Assembly (NCBI GenBank): GCA_024402025.1 | Contig: JAKSJY010000001.1 | Span: 84 to 64,083, forward strand | Direction of reading: 5' to 3' | Origin: Bacteroidales bacterium | Lineage (GTDB): Bacteria > Bacteroidota > Bacteroidia > Bacteroidales > UBA932 | DNA: 64,000 nt | Shown here: piece after piece, positions 48,051-57,098 of the stretch | How the letters are laid out: each line of letters starts with the position of its first letter | Numbering within the stretch: the stretch's first letter is position 1 | Notes under the pieces: generated by a model | Database searches by the model: none | What the model was told of the DNA's origin: nothing | Seen by the model: only the letters and a program-made list of their open reading frames with translations | Position numbers and translations under genes: made by a program

Positions 48051-50496
48051 CAGAGTCCGTGCGGCGATTTCGAATCGCTGCCAGACGGAATATGCCGCCC
48101 GCAGGGCCGGTGATGAGGAATTCAGCACCGACGCCTCCGTCATCTCGCGGCGCCTTGCCCTTACGGATGAGATGCGCCTCGTCCTGATGTTCGAGGACGC
48201 CTTTCCCACAACGGGCTACATAGACTCCCTGCCGCTCCTCAAACCCCTGCTCAAGGAGGGATATTCGCTGGACGCCCTGTCTCTGGCGAAGATCGGCACT
48301 TTTCTGGAGCTTTCGAGGAAGACCTCGAATTTCTTTGCCGGAATTAAAGACGGAGTCTACCCCGGATTGAAGGAGATGTCTTCGCACTTGTCCCAATTCC
48401 CGGAAATCCGCCGCAGGATAGAGGGGATACTTGACAAGTACGGGTCCATACGGGATTCCGCCTCCGACAGTCTCGAGAGCATAAGAAGGGACATACGTTC
48501 GAAGGAGACCCAGATTTCCAAGAGAGCCGCCGCCGTGCTTGCTCAGGCCAAGGCGGAGGGGATTGCCGAGGACGACGCCCAAGTCACGGTCCGTGACGGA
48601 AAGTTCCTCCTGCCCGTGAACACTTCCGAAAAAAGGAAGGTCAGCGGCTATGTCTATGACTGCTCGGCTTCAGGAAAGACAACTTTCGTCGAACCCGCCG
48701 AGGTCATAGAGCTCGAGAACGAGATAATGGAACTCAAGTTCGCCGAGGCCAGGGAGATATCGAGAATCTTGTTCGAATTCAGCGAGTTCATACGTCCGTA
48801 TGTTCCTGAACTGATAGGTTCATCGGAAATACTCGGAGAATTCGATTTCCTCATAGCCAAGGCCCAGACCGCCCTGGACTATGTCGCAGGAATGCCCGTG
48901 ATAAGCGAAAACGGGGAGATGAGCCTGAGAAAGGCCAGGCACCCCCTGCTCGAATCCGCCTTGCGCAAGGAAGGCCGCGAGATGTCCCCCCTTACCATCG
49001 GTCTCACTCCCGAAAAGAGGATACTGCTTATTTCAGGACCCAATGCGGGAGGCAAATCAGTCTGCCTGAAGACAGCAGGGCTCCTACAGTATATGATGCA
49101 GTGGGGTATGCTTGTGCCCACGTCCGAAAGCTCCGAACTTCCGGTCTTCGACAGGATTGCGGTGAGCATTGGGGATGACCAGTCCATCGACAACGACCTC
49201 AGCACATACAGTTCCTTCCTCGCAGACATGAGGGATATGCTCAAGACTGCGGACGACCGCACGCTCGTGCTGATAGACGAATTCGGAGCGGGGACCGACC
49301 CTGCGGCGGGAGGCGCAATAGCGGAAGCCATACTCGCCGAGCTGGACCGCAAGGGCGCATACGGAGTCATCACCACTCACTACACCAACCTCAAATTGTA
49401 CGCATCCAATGCGGAATCGCACGTCGTGAACGGAGCGATGCTTTACGACACGTCGAAGATAGCGCCCCTGTTCAAACTGGAAACGGGTCTTCCGGGGAAT
49501 TCCTTCGCCTTCGAGCTTGCAAGGAAGATGCAGCTGCCCGAGCCCATAGTCAAGGCTGCCGAGAAAAGGGCCGGGGACGAGTTCGTCGGGATGGAAAGAA
49601 ATCTGCGGAGGATAGCCCGCGGCCGCCGCGTGCTGGATGAAAAGATACGCAAGGTGCAGCATACGGACAAGGCTCTCGAAGGCTTGACCGAAAAATACCT
49701 TTCCGAACTGGAGGATATACAGATGCAGCGCCGGAAGATTCTGGATGAAGCCAGAATGGAGGCTGAGGAGATTGTACGGAATGCCGGCAGGCAGGTGGAG
49801 AAAACCATAAGGGACATCAAGGAATCCCAGGCCGACAAGGAGAAGACCAGGCAGGCCCGTGCGGAACTCAGCGGGTTCGTGGCCGCAATCGAACAGAAGA
49901 AGAGCAGGCAGAGCCGCGAGAGGGAGGAATATATAGAGAAGAAGATAGCGAAGCTGGAGAAGAAGGGAAGGAGACAGCCGGACAAGACTCCGGAGCAGCT
50001 GAGGGAGGAGGAGTTCAGAAATGCCCCTCTCAAGGTTGGGGAGAAGGTCCGCGTGAAAAGCAATTCGATGGTCGGGGAAGTGGCGGTGGTCTCATCCAGG
50101 AGCGTCACCGTCATAATAGGCTCCGTCAGTACCCGGATGGCGCCGTCAATGGTGGAAAGGATTTCCAACAACGAGTACAGGGAAGCCGTCGGCAGGGAGA
50201 GGACCCCGCAGATCCGTATGCAGGACGGCGGCGTTGGCGAGCGTCGTCTGCGGTTCCACCCCGAAATTGACATACGCGGGCAGAGGCTCTCCGAGGCGAT
50301 GGACACGGTCATGCATTTCATAGACGATGCGATAATGCTCTCGATGCCAAGCGTGCGCATCATCCACGGCAAGGGGACCGGCGTGCTGAGAGAAGAGATA
50401 CAGAAATACATCCGTACCGTTCCCGGAGTGGCTTCGGCAGTGGACGAGGACATCCGGCAGGGCGGCAGCGGAGTTACGATAGTTACTTTCGAATGA
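48013..50496 (+). CDS. mutS2: MutS2 (Smr-domain) protein
   Basis: SASGKT.FVEP, ISGPNAGGKS, STYSS, DEFGAGTDP, TTHY; C-terminal Smr domain IDIRG...IIHGKGTGVLR. Confidence 0.94.
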   Translation: MTDRRLEAKLGFDRVRAAISNRCQTEYAARRAGDEEFSTDASVISRRLALTDEMRLVLMFEDAFPTTGYIDSLPLLKPLLKEGYSLDALSLAKIGTFLELSRKTSNFFAGIKDGVYPGLKEMSSHLSQFPEIRRRIEGILDKYGSIRDSASDSLESIRRDIRSKETQISKRAAAVLAQAKAEGIAEDDAQVTVRDGKFLLPVNTSEKRKVSGYVYDCSASGKTTFVEPAEVIELENEIMELKFAEAREISRILFEFSEFIRPYVPELIGSSEILGEFDFLIAKAQTALDYVAGMPVISENGEMSLRKARHPLLESALRKEGREMSPLTIGLTPEKRILLISGPNAGGKSVCLKTAGLLQYMMQWGMLVPTSESSELPVFDRIAVSIGDDQSIDNDLSTYSSFLADMRDMLKTADDRTLVLIDEFGAGTDPAAGGAIAEAILAELDRKGAYGVITTHYTNLKLYASNAESHVVNGAMLYDTSKIAPLFKLETGLPGNSFAFELARKMQLPEPIVKAAEKRAGDEFVGMERNLRRIARGRRVLDEKIRKVQHTDKALEGLTEKYLSELEDIQMQRRKILDEARMEAEEIVRNAGRQVEKTIRDIKESQADKEKTRQARAELSGFVAAIEQKKSRQSREREEYIEKKIAKLEKKGRRQPDKTPEQLREEEFRNAPLKVGEKVRVKSNSMVGEVAVVSSRSVTVIIGSVSTRMAPSMVERISNNEYREAVGRERTPQIRMQDGGVGERRLRFHPEIDIRGQRLSEAMDTVMHFIDDAIMLSMPSVRIIHGKGTGVLREEIQKYIRTVPGVASAVDEDIRQGGSGVTIVTFE

Positions 50497-50879
50497 CGGG
50501 ACAAGGACATATTACGACGGGACAGCAGGGCGAAAATGCCGCCTGCGCTTATCTTGAAAGTCTCGGACACACCATTGTGGCCCGGAACTGGAGAAGCGCC
50601 CACAAGGAGGTCGACATCATCAGCCTGACAGGGGATGAACTTCACTTCGTGGAAGTGAAGTCCAGGACATCCTCGTCTTTCGCCGCGCCCGAAGTCAACG
50701 TTACGCGTTCCAAAATGTCCAACATCATTTCCGCCGCCAGGGCCTTCCTTCACAGCAAGGCGGCACAGGGGCTCCCGCGCAATCTGGAAGTGATATTCGA
50801 CGTCGTTGCCGTCGTCCTCGAGAGCGCAAAACCGCAAATTACATATTATCCAAACGCATACAAAGCCATATATGTCTGA
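50493..50879 (+). CDS. yraN: YraN family nuclease
   Basis: G..GE..A..YL, ARNWR..HKEVDII, FVEVKSR, FDVVAV. Confidence 0.92.
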   Translation: MTGQGHITTGQQGENAACAYLESLGHTIVARNWRSAHKEVDIISLTGDELHFVEVKSRTSSSFAAPEVNVTRSKMSNIISAARAFLHSKAAQGLPRNLEVIFDVVAVVLESAKPQITYYPNAYKAIYV

Positions 50880-51948
50880 AAACAATAACCACTACTACGG
50901 AGTGATAATGGCCGGAGGTCTGGGAACCAGGTTCTGGCCTATCAGCCGCAAGTCGCTTCCCAAGCAGTTCCTCGATTTCACCAACACGGGAAAGACCTTC
51001 CTGCGCAGAACTTACGACCGCCTGCTGGGGACTGTTCCCGCGGAGAACATCATAGTCGTCACCCTCAAGGAGTACCGCGCCTACGTCGAGCAGCAGATTC
51101 CCGAACTGCCGGGGCGAAACATATTGGAGGAGCTTTACAACAGGAACACTGCGCCCTGCATAGCGTATGCGTCCAAAGTGATTCTTGCCAGGGACCCCCA
51201 GGCCGTGATAGTCACGACTCCTGCCGACCATATCATCATAGGCAGGGAGCAGTTCGACAAGACGCTCCGGCTGGCTTTCGAGAGCGCATCGGAGATGAAT
51301 GAACTCATCACCCTCGGCATAGTCCCCACCCGTCCGGACACCAACTTCGGATACATCCAGGTCTCGGGAGGCAGCGAGGCCATCACCGCCGCTCAGCCGG
51401 TCAAGGTAAAGACCTTCACCGAAAAACCCTCCAAGGAACTGGCTTCCGTATTCATCAAAACCGGGGAATTCCTGTGGAACTCCGGAATCTTCGTGTGGAA
51501 GGCTTCGGTCATCCTGGAAGAACTGCAGGCGCTGGCTCCGGAAATAATGTCGCTCTGGTCGGAGTTCTCCGACGTGGACAGAATCTATACCGACTGCCCG
51601 AGGATCTCAATAGACTATGCGGTGATGGAAAAGACGGGGAAAGCTACGGTGATCCCGGCGAAATTCGGATGGGCCGATATAGGAAACTGGGAGTCGCTGT
51701 ATGACTATATGGCGGTCCCGGATGAAAAGGGCAACGTGACCAACATCAGCGGGAAGCACCTTTTCAAGAACACTTCCAACTCCATCCTGTACAGTTCCGC
51801 GGGCGGGAAACTCATTGCCGTCCAGGGGCTGGAGGACATGATAGTGGTCGATACCGAGGACGTGCTGATGATATGTCCGAGGGACGAGCAGAAACTTAAG
51901 GAATTCATTTCCGAACTTGCGATGCCGCAATTCGAGGATTACAGATGA
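50872..51948 (+). CDS. manC: Mannose-1-phosphate guanylyltransferase
   Basis: IMAGGLGTRFWP.SR...PKQF, RNTAPCI, PADH, FTEKP, WNSGIF, ISIDYAVME, WADIG.W. Confidence 0.93.
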   Translation: MSENNNHYYGVIMAGGLGTRFWPISRKSLPKQFLDFTNTGKTFLRRTYDRLLGTVPAENIIVVTLKEYRAYVEQQIPELPGRNILEELYNRNTAPCIAYASKVILARDPQAVIVTTPADHIIIGREQFDKTLRLAFESASEMNELITLGIVPTRPDTNFGYIQVSGGSEAITAAQPVKVKTFTEKPSKELASVFIKTGEFLWNSGIFVWKASVILEELQALAPEIMSLWSEFSDVDRIYTDCPRISIDYAVMEKTGKATVIPAKFGWADIGNWESLYDYMAVPDEKGNVTNISGKHLFKNTSNSILYSSAGGKLIAVQGLEDMIVVDTEDVLMICPRDEQKLKEFISELAMPQFEDYR

Positions 51949-53885
51949 AAGTACTGAAATTCGGAGGATCTTCGGTGGCGAACGCCACCAACATTTCACG
52001 CGTCCTGGACATAGTCCGCAGGGCCGCGGATGAGGACCGCGTCGTACTCGTGTGCTCTGCAATCAGCGGATGCACGGACGAGCTTATCGCGGTTATGGAG
52101 CATCCGCAGGAAAAGGAGTGCAGGCTGGCCGCCCTGGAAAAGAGGCACGGGGCCATAGTCTCCCGCCTTTTCACCGGAGCGGAACTGAGGAGCGTCAACG
52201 AGACCCTCGGCGAATTTTTCCGCGAGATGGCATCCACGTCCGAGCACCTGGAGACTTACGGGGAACTGCTCAGCACGACAATCATTGCGGCGAAGCTGCG
52301 CTGTGAAGAGCAGAACGTGCTGTGGGTCGATGCAAGGGACAAGGTCAGGGTCCGCGGAGGCAGGGTGGACACGGAAGAGACATACAGAAAAGTCAGGGCT
52401 GTGGTCGAGGATCATCCTCAGGACAGAATCATAGTAATCCCGGGCTTTATCGCAAGGGATGAAGACTCCAGGCCCTGCAACCTGGGCCGCGGGGGATCCG
52501 ATTACAGCGCGGCGCTTTTTGCCGCCGCCGTCGGGGCGGACATCCTCCAGATATGGACGGACGTCCCCGGAGTGATGACGACCAACCCCAAGGACGCCAA
52601 AGCCGCACGCACCATAGCCTCAATGTCATACGCGTCGGCGCTGTGCATGGCCGAGCACGGGGCGAAGGTGCTTTATGCGCCGTCAGTGGCTCCGGCGATG
52701 GATTCGGGCATCCCCATCGAGGTAAGGAACACCTTCGATGCGGAGGGTGCGTTCACTACCATCTCCGACCTCCCGGGGGGCGGACGACGTTCGTGGGTGG
52801 GCCTCAGCCGGTCCGGAGGCAGACTGTGCCTGACGGCAGACGGGGCCGCGGCGGACGAACGCGACAGGGTCGTGTCTGCGTTGAAGGAAGCCGGCATCAG
52901 CCCCGTGGGGCTGAGTGTCGGGGAGAACTGTATGGAGGTCGAAGTCCTGGAAGGTGTGGCGGTGCAGGCCTGCGCCGCACTCCATAAGGAGTTCTTCGAG
53001 GAGGCGGCCTTGCAGAGAACAGACCTTTACGTTGCCGGCAACGGTGCGGTGGGCCGGGAACTGAAGAAACTGGTGGAAGAGGGGGGCGCTGCCGCGCGCT
53101 GCGGAAGGGAAATCCGCCTTGTCGCGATTTCGAGCGACCGCTCTTTTGCGGAGAAGGTGCTCAAGGAAGCCCCGAGACGCTCGGTGTTCGTGGATTGCAC
53201 CAACAGCGAGGACATATACAGATGGTACGTGCCTATTCTCGAATCAGGCATAAACATAGTAAGTTCCAACCGCCGCAGCCTTGCGGTAAGTTATGTGGAA
53301 TATGCCGCGATGAAGCAGGCCGCCCTGCGCGGAGGCAGTTTCCTGCGGTACGAGTCGACGGTGGGAGCCGCCCTTCCGATGCTGGAGATGCTGAACGTCT
53401 GCATACAGAGCGGAGACAGGATAGAAAGCCTGGAAGCGGTGGTCAGCTGCACGTTGAACTATATCCTTTCCAGCAAGCTTCCTTTCAAGGAGGCGCTGGA
53501 GGATGCGAGGAGAGCCGGACTGACCGAAAAGGACCCTTCCAGCGACCTCGAGGGCAGGGACGCCCTGCGCAAGCTGCTGATCCTCGCCAGGGAGGCGGGA
53601 GTCCCGCTGGAAGCGGGGGACGTTCACGTCGAGGCGGTGACGGAGGATGCCGTGACAGGCGGGAACCAGAGGTTCGTTGCCACCCTCGAAAGGGACGGTG
53701 AAGGCTACAGGGCATCCATCAAGCTCAAGACGGTGGAGCCGTCGCATCCCGCATACTGGTTGCGCGGCACAGACAACGCAATTATTATCCGCAGTGCGCT
53801 TCATCCTTCCCCGATGGTGCTTCAGGGTGCCGGAGAAGGAGCCAGACTGGCGGCTGCAAGTATTTTAAACGATATACTCTTATGA
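51945..53885 (+). CDS. thrA: Bifunctional aspartokinase/homoserine dehydrogenase (compact form)
   Basis: KFGGSS, LGRGGSDY, WTDV.G, GAKVL (aspartokinase); VAGNGAVG, VDCT, YESTVGAALP, TE.DP..DL.G.DA.RKL (dehydrogenase). Confidence 0.85.
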   Translation: MKVLKFGGSSVANATNISRVLDIVRRAADEDRVVLVCSAISGCTDELIAVMEHPQEKECRLAALEKRHGAIVSRLFTGAELRSVNETLGEFFREMASTSEHLETYGELLSTTIIAAKLRCEEQNVLWVDARDKVRVRGGRVDTEETYRKVRAVVEDHPQDRIIVIPGFIARDEDSRPCNLGRGGSDYSAALFAAAVGADILQIWTDVPGVMTTNPKDAKAARTIASMSYASALCMAEHGAKVLYAPSVAPAMDSGIPIEVRNTFDAEGAFTTISDLPGGGRRSWVGLSRSGGRLCLTADGAAADERDRVVSALKEAGISPVGLSVGENCMEVEVLEGVAVQACAALHKEFFEEAALQRTDLYVAGNGAVGRELKKLVEEGGAAARCGREIRLVAISSDRSFAEKVLKEAPRRSVFVDCTNSEDIYRWYVPILESGINIVSSNRRSLAVSYVEYAAMKQAALRGGSFLRYESTVGAALPMLEMLNVCIQSGDRIESLEAVVSCTLNYILSSKLPFKEALEDARRAGLTEKDPSSDLEGRDALRKLLILAREAGVPLEAGDVHVEAVTEDAVTGGNQRFVATLERDGEGYRASIKLKTVEPSHPAYWLRGTDNAIIIRSALHPSPMVLQGAGEGARLAAASILNDILL

Positions 53886-54547
53886 AAGTTGTAATCAGCG
53901 GATATGGCAAGATGGGCCATATGATCGAGTCGATCCTCATCCGCCGCGGAATCGAAATCGCGGCAATCTCCGAGGATGTGCAGAGCCTTTCCCCGGAACT
54001 CACCAAAGAGTGCGTCTGCATAGATTTCACCACCCCCGACGCCATCAGGGCGAACTACAAATGGCTTGCGGACAACTTCAAGGCTGTCGTTATCGGCACC
54101 ACGGGATGGGATGACATAATGACCAAGGTGATAGGGAGCTTCTACATCGCGGGCACGCCTATGATCTATTCTTCCAACTTTTCGATAGGAGTGAACGCCG
54201 TGTTCGCTGCCGTTGCCAGAGTGTCGGCCATACTCAAGGAGTATAACTATACTCCCCATATCGAGGAAATCCACCACGCCCACAAGCTCGACTCCCCCTC
54301 GGGGACGGCGAAAGTGATCTCCCGCATCGTGAACGACGCCCTCGGAGTCAAGCCGGACATCACTTCCGTGCGTCAGGGAGAAGTTCCCGGAACGCATATT
54401 GTCAAGTTCAAGTCCGACGTGGACAAAATCAAGATTTCACACGAGGCTTTCTCCCGCGAAGGATTCGCCGAGGGGGCTGTGGTTGCCGCGATGATGACGG
54501 AGAACGTCAGTGGCGTACACGAATTCAAAGAACTTATACTGAAATGA
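53882..54547 (+). CDS. dapB: 4-hydroxy-tetrahydrodipicolinate reductase
   Basis: GYGKMG, IDFT, VIGTTGW, NFSIGVN, EIHHAHKLDSPSGTA, FAEGA. Confidence 0.95.
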   Translation: MKVVISGYGKMGHMIESILIRRGIEIAAISEDVQSLSPELTKECVCIDFTTPDAIRANYKWLADNFKAVVIGTTGWDDIMTKVIGSFYIAGTPMIYSSNFSIGVNAVFAAVARVSAILKEYNYTPHIEEIHHAHKLDSPSGTAKVISRIVNDALGVKPDITSVRQGEVPGTHIVKFKSDVDKIKISHEAFSREGFAEGAVVAAMMTENVSGVHEFKELILK

Positions 54548-55410
54548 AATTCTGCGGTTGCGGTACGGCGCTGGTGACCCCTTTCAGGGATGGCGCCGTG
54601 GATTATGAAGCATATGCCGCCCTGGTGAGGCGTCAGGTGGAGGCGGGTGTTGATTTTCTCGTGCCCCTCGCCACTACGGGAGAAACTCCCACGCTGGCTC
54701 CGGAGGAGAAACTGGAACTGTTGAGGCTGACCCGTGAGAATTGCGGGCCGCTTCCGCTGCTGGTCGGATGCGGGTCCAATTCCGTGCCGGGTACGCTCGC
54801 GAACATCAGGCTTTGCGAAGAGTATGCGGATGCCTGGCTGGTGGTGGTGCCTTTTTACAACAAGCCTACCCAGGAGGGGATGTTCCGCTATTACAAGGCC
54901 GTCGCCGCCGGGACGGACAAGCCGGTTTTCATCTATAACGTTCCCGGTCGCACGGGAGTCAATATGACGGCGGAGACCTGTCTGAGGATAGCGCGCGAGG
55001 TTCCCGGAACAGCCGGGGTGAAGGAGGCGTCCGGAAAGATAGAGCAGGTTGCCGCAATATGCAAGGATGCCCCCGAAGGGTTTGCGGTGCTGTCCGGGGA
55101 TGATGACCTTACACTCGAAATGATAAAGCTCGGTGCGGTCGGAGTGATATCCGTTGCATCGAACATCGTCCCGGGAAAGGTGGCCTCGATGGTGCACAGC
55201 GCGATGTCCGGTTCGGGGATGGAGGATGCGGAGAGGATGGATGCAGAGCTCCAGCCGCTGTACAAGGCGTGCTTTGTGGAAAGCAACCCTATTCCCGCAA
55301 AGGCCGCCCTGTCGATGATGGGACTGTGCCGTCCGGAGATGAGGCTGCCGCTGGTGGAGGCTTCCGAGGGAACGGTGGAGACAATGAAAAAGTGTCTGAA
55401 TGAACTATAA
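54544..55410 (+). CDS. dapA: 4-hydroxy-tetrahydrodipicolinate synthase
   Basis: TALVTPF, TTGE, PFYNKP, YNVPGRT, GVKEASG, LSGDD, GVISV, NPIP.K. Confidence 0.96.
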   Translation: MKFCGCGTALVTPFRDGAVDYEAYAALVRRQVEAGVDFLVPLATTGETPTLAPEEKLELLRLTRENCGPLPLLVGCGSNSVPGTLANIRLCEEYADAWLVVVPFYNKPTQEGMFRYYKAVAAGTDKPVFIYNVPGRTGVNMTAETCLRIAREVPGTAGVKEASGKIEQVAAICKDAPEGFAVLSGDDDLTLEMIKLGAVGVISVASNIVPGKVASMVHSAMSGSGMEDAERMDAELQPLYKACFVESNPIPAKAALSMMGLCRPEMRLPLVEASEGTVETMKKCLNEL

Positions 55411-56194
55411 GACGAAAATATTTTCCGGTGCGGGCAACAAGTTCGTGATGGTGGACGGCCGTGGGGAGTTCGCATCCCCTTCGGCGCAGGACGTCGTGCA
55501 ACTCTGCGAAGACAATGCGACGGACGGTCTGATAGTGCTGCGTTCCGCGCCCGATGGAGCCGGCTTCGATTTCGTGATGGAATTCTTCAACCCGGATGCG
55601 AGTTGCGGGATGATGTGCGGAAACGGGGGAAGGTGCATAGTCGCCTTTGCGCACGAACTGGGTGTGACAGGTGGAGGCCGCTGCCGTTTTCTTGCACCCG
55701 ACGGGATGCACGTTGCCGAAATCCTTTCCGGGCAGGAAGGCAGATGGTCTGTCCGCCTGGGGATGAAGGATGTCCGGGAGGCCGTGCGTATGCAGGTCGC
55801 CGGTGTCCGGGGTTGGTTCCTGGATACTGGGGCAAGGCATTTTGTGGTGACGGACGAATCGGTGTGCGCCGCAATCGGGGAACTTGACGTGATGGAAAAG
55901 GGCAAGGCTCTCAGGTGGGAGGACGCATTCGCTCCGATGGGGGCAAACATAGACTTTGTCAGGAGGAACGCGGATTCATCCCTGACCGTCAGGACATTCG
56001 AGAAGGGCGTCGAGGGGGAAACCCTCGCGTGCGGCACGGGGATTACGGCGAGTGCCATTGCGGCGAATCTCGAGTGGGGCGTCGTTCCCGGAAGTACGGT
56101 CCACGCCCGTGAGGCGGATCTTCGCGTGGATTTCAAACCGGACGGGACCGGAGCGCGGGAAGTGTTCCTGACAGGCCCTGTTGAAAAACTTTAG
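55400..56194 (+). CDS. dapF: Diaminopimelate epimerase
   Basis: GAGN.F, DGLI, FNPD.S..MCGNGGRC, DTG..H, TFEKGVEGETLACGTG. Confidence 0.92.
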   Translation: MNYKTKIFSGAGNKFVMVDGRGEFASPSAQDVVQLCEDNATDGLIVLRSAPDGAGFDFVMEFFNPDASCGMMCGNGGRCIVAFAHELGVTGGGRCRFLAPDGMHVAEILSGQEGRWSVRLGMKDVREAVRMQVAGVRGWFLDTGARHFVVTDESVCAAIGELDVMEKGKALRWEDAFAPMGANIDFVRRNADSSLTVRTFEKGVEGETLACGTGITASAIAANLEWGVVPGSTVHAREADLRVDFKPDGTGAREVFLTGPVEKL

Positions 56195-56201
56195 AAGAAT
56201 T

Positions 56202-57095
56202 ATGCTGAAGATTGCATTGGTTGGATACGGAAACATCGGCCGCTTCGCGCTCAAGGCGTTGGAGGCTGCAGGTGATATGGAATGCTGCGGAGTCGTAAGG
56301 AGGTCTGCAAGCGCGGAGGGATGTCCGGAGCTCTCGGGCTACAGGATAGTTAAGGATCCGCGCGAACTAGGCAGCGTGGATGCGGCAGTACTTTGCGTTC
56401 CCTCAAGGCTCGTGGAGCAGACTGCCTCGGAGTATCTGTCCCTGGGGATAAGCACGGTGGACAGTTTCGACATCCATTCCGAAATTTTTGACATGCGCTC
56501 GAGGCTCGACGCCATAGCGAAGGCCAACGGAGCCGCCAGCATCATATCCGCCGGGTGGGATCCCGGTTCCGACTCCATCGTCAGGGCGCTCCTCCGCGCT
56601 CTCGCCCCGGAAGGCATCACATATACGAATTTCGGTCCTGGCAGGTCAATGGGCCATACCGTGGTGGCGAAGTCCGTCCCCGGGGTCAAGGATGCCCTGA
56701 GTATGACCATACCCGAGGGGAAGGGAGTGCACAGCAGAAAGGTTTACGTCGAGACGCAGCCCGGCGCCGACTTCGCGGCGGTCGCCGCCGCCATCAAGGC
56801 CGATCCCTATTTCGCATCGGACAAGACCGACGTCGAGCAGGTAGCCGATGTCCCGGCGCTCAACACGCTTATGCACGGGGTTGATATCGAAAGGGAGGGA
56901 GTCAGTTCGCAGACGCTCGGCCAGGAAATGGAGTTCAGAATGAGAATCAACAACCCCGCTCTTACGGGTCAGATCCTTGTCGGAGCGGCGAGAGCTGTAT
57001 GCGCCCGCACGCCGGGTTGTTATACGATGATAGAGGTTCCGCCCATAGATTTTCTCGAGGGCGGCGCAGAGGAGTTGATACGCAGCTTGGTTTAG
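56202..57095 (+). CDS. ddh: meso-Diaminopimelate dehydrogenase
   Basis: VGYGNIG, TVDSFDIH, AGWDPGSDS, TNFGPGRSMGH, NNPALT; start ATG 56202. Confidence 0.93.
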   Translation: MLKIALVGYGNIGRFALKALEAAGDMECCGVVRRSASAEGCPELSGYRIVKDPRELGSVDAAVLCVPSRLVEQTASEYLSLGISTVDSFDIHSEIFDMRSRLDAIAKANGAASIISAGWDPGSDSIVRALLRALAPEGITYTNFGPGRSMGHTVVAKSVPGVKDALSMTIPEGKGVHSRKVYVETQPGADFAAVAAAIKADPYFASDKTDVEQVADVPALNTLMHGVDIEREGVSSQTLGQEMEFRMRINNPALTGQILVGAARAVCARTPGCYTMIEVPPIDFLEGGAEELIRSLV

Positions 57096-57098
57096 AGG

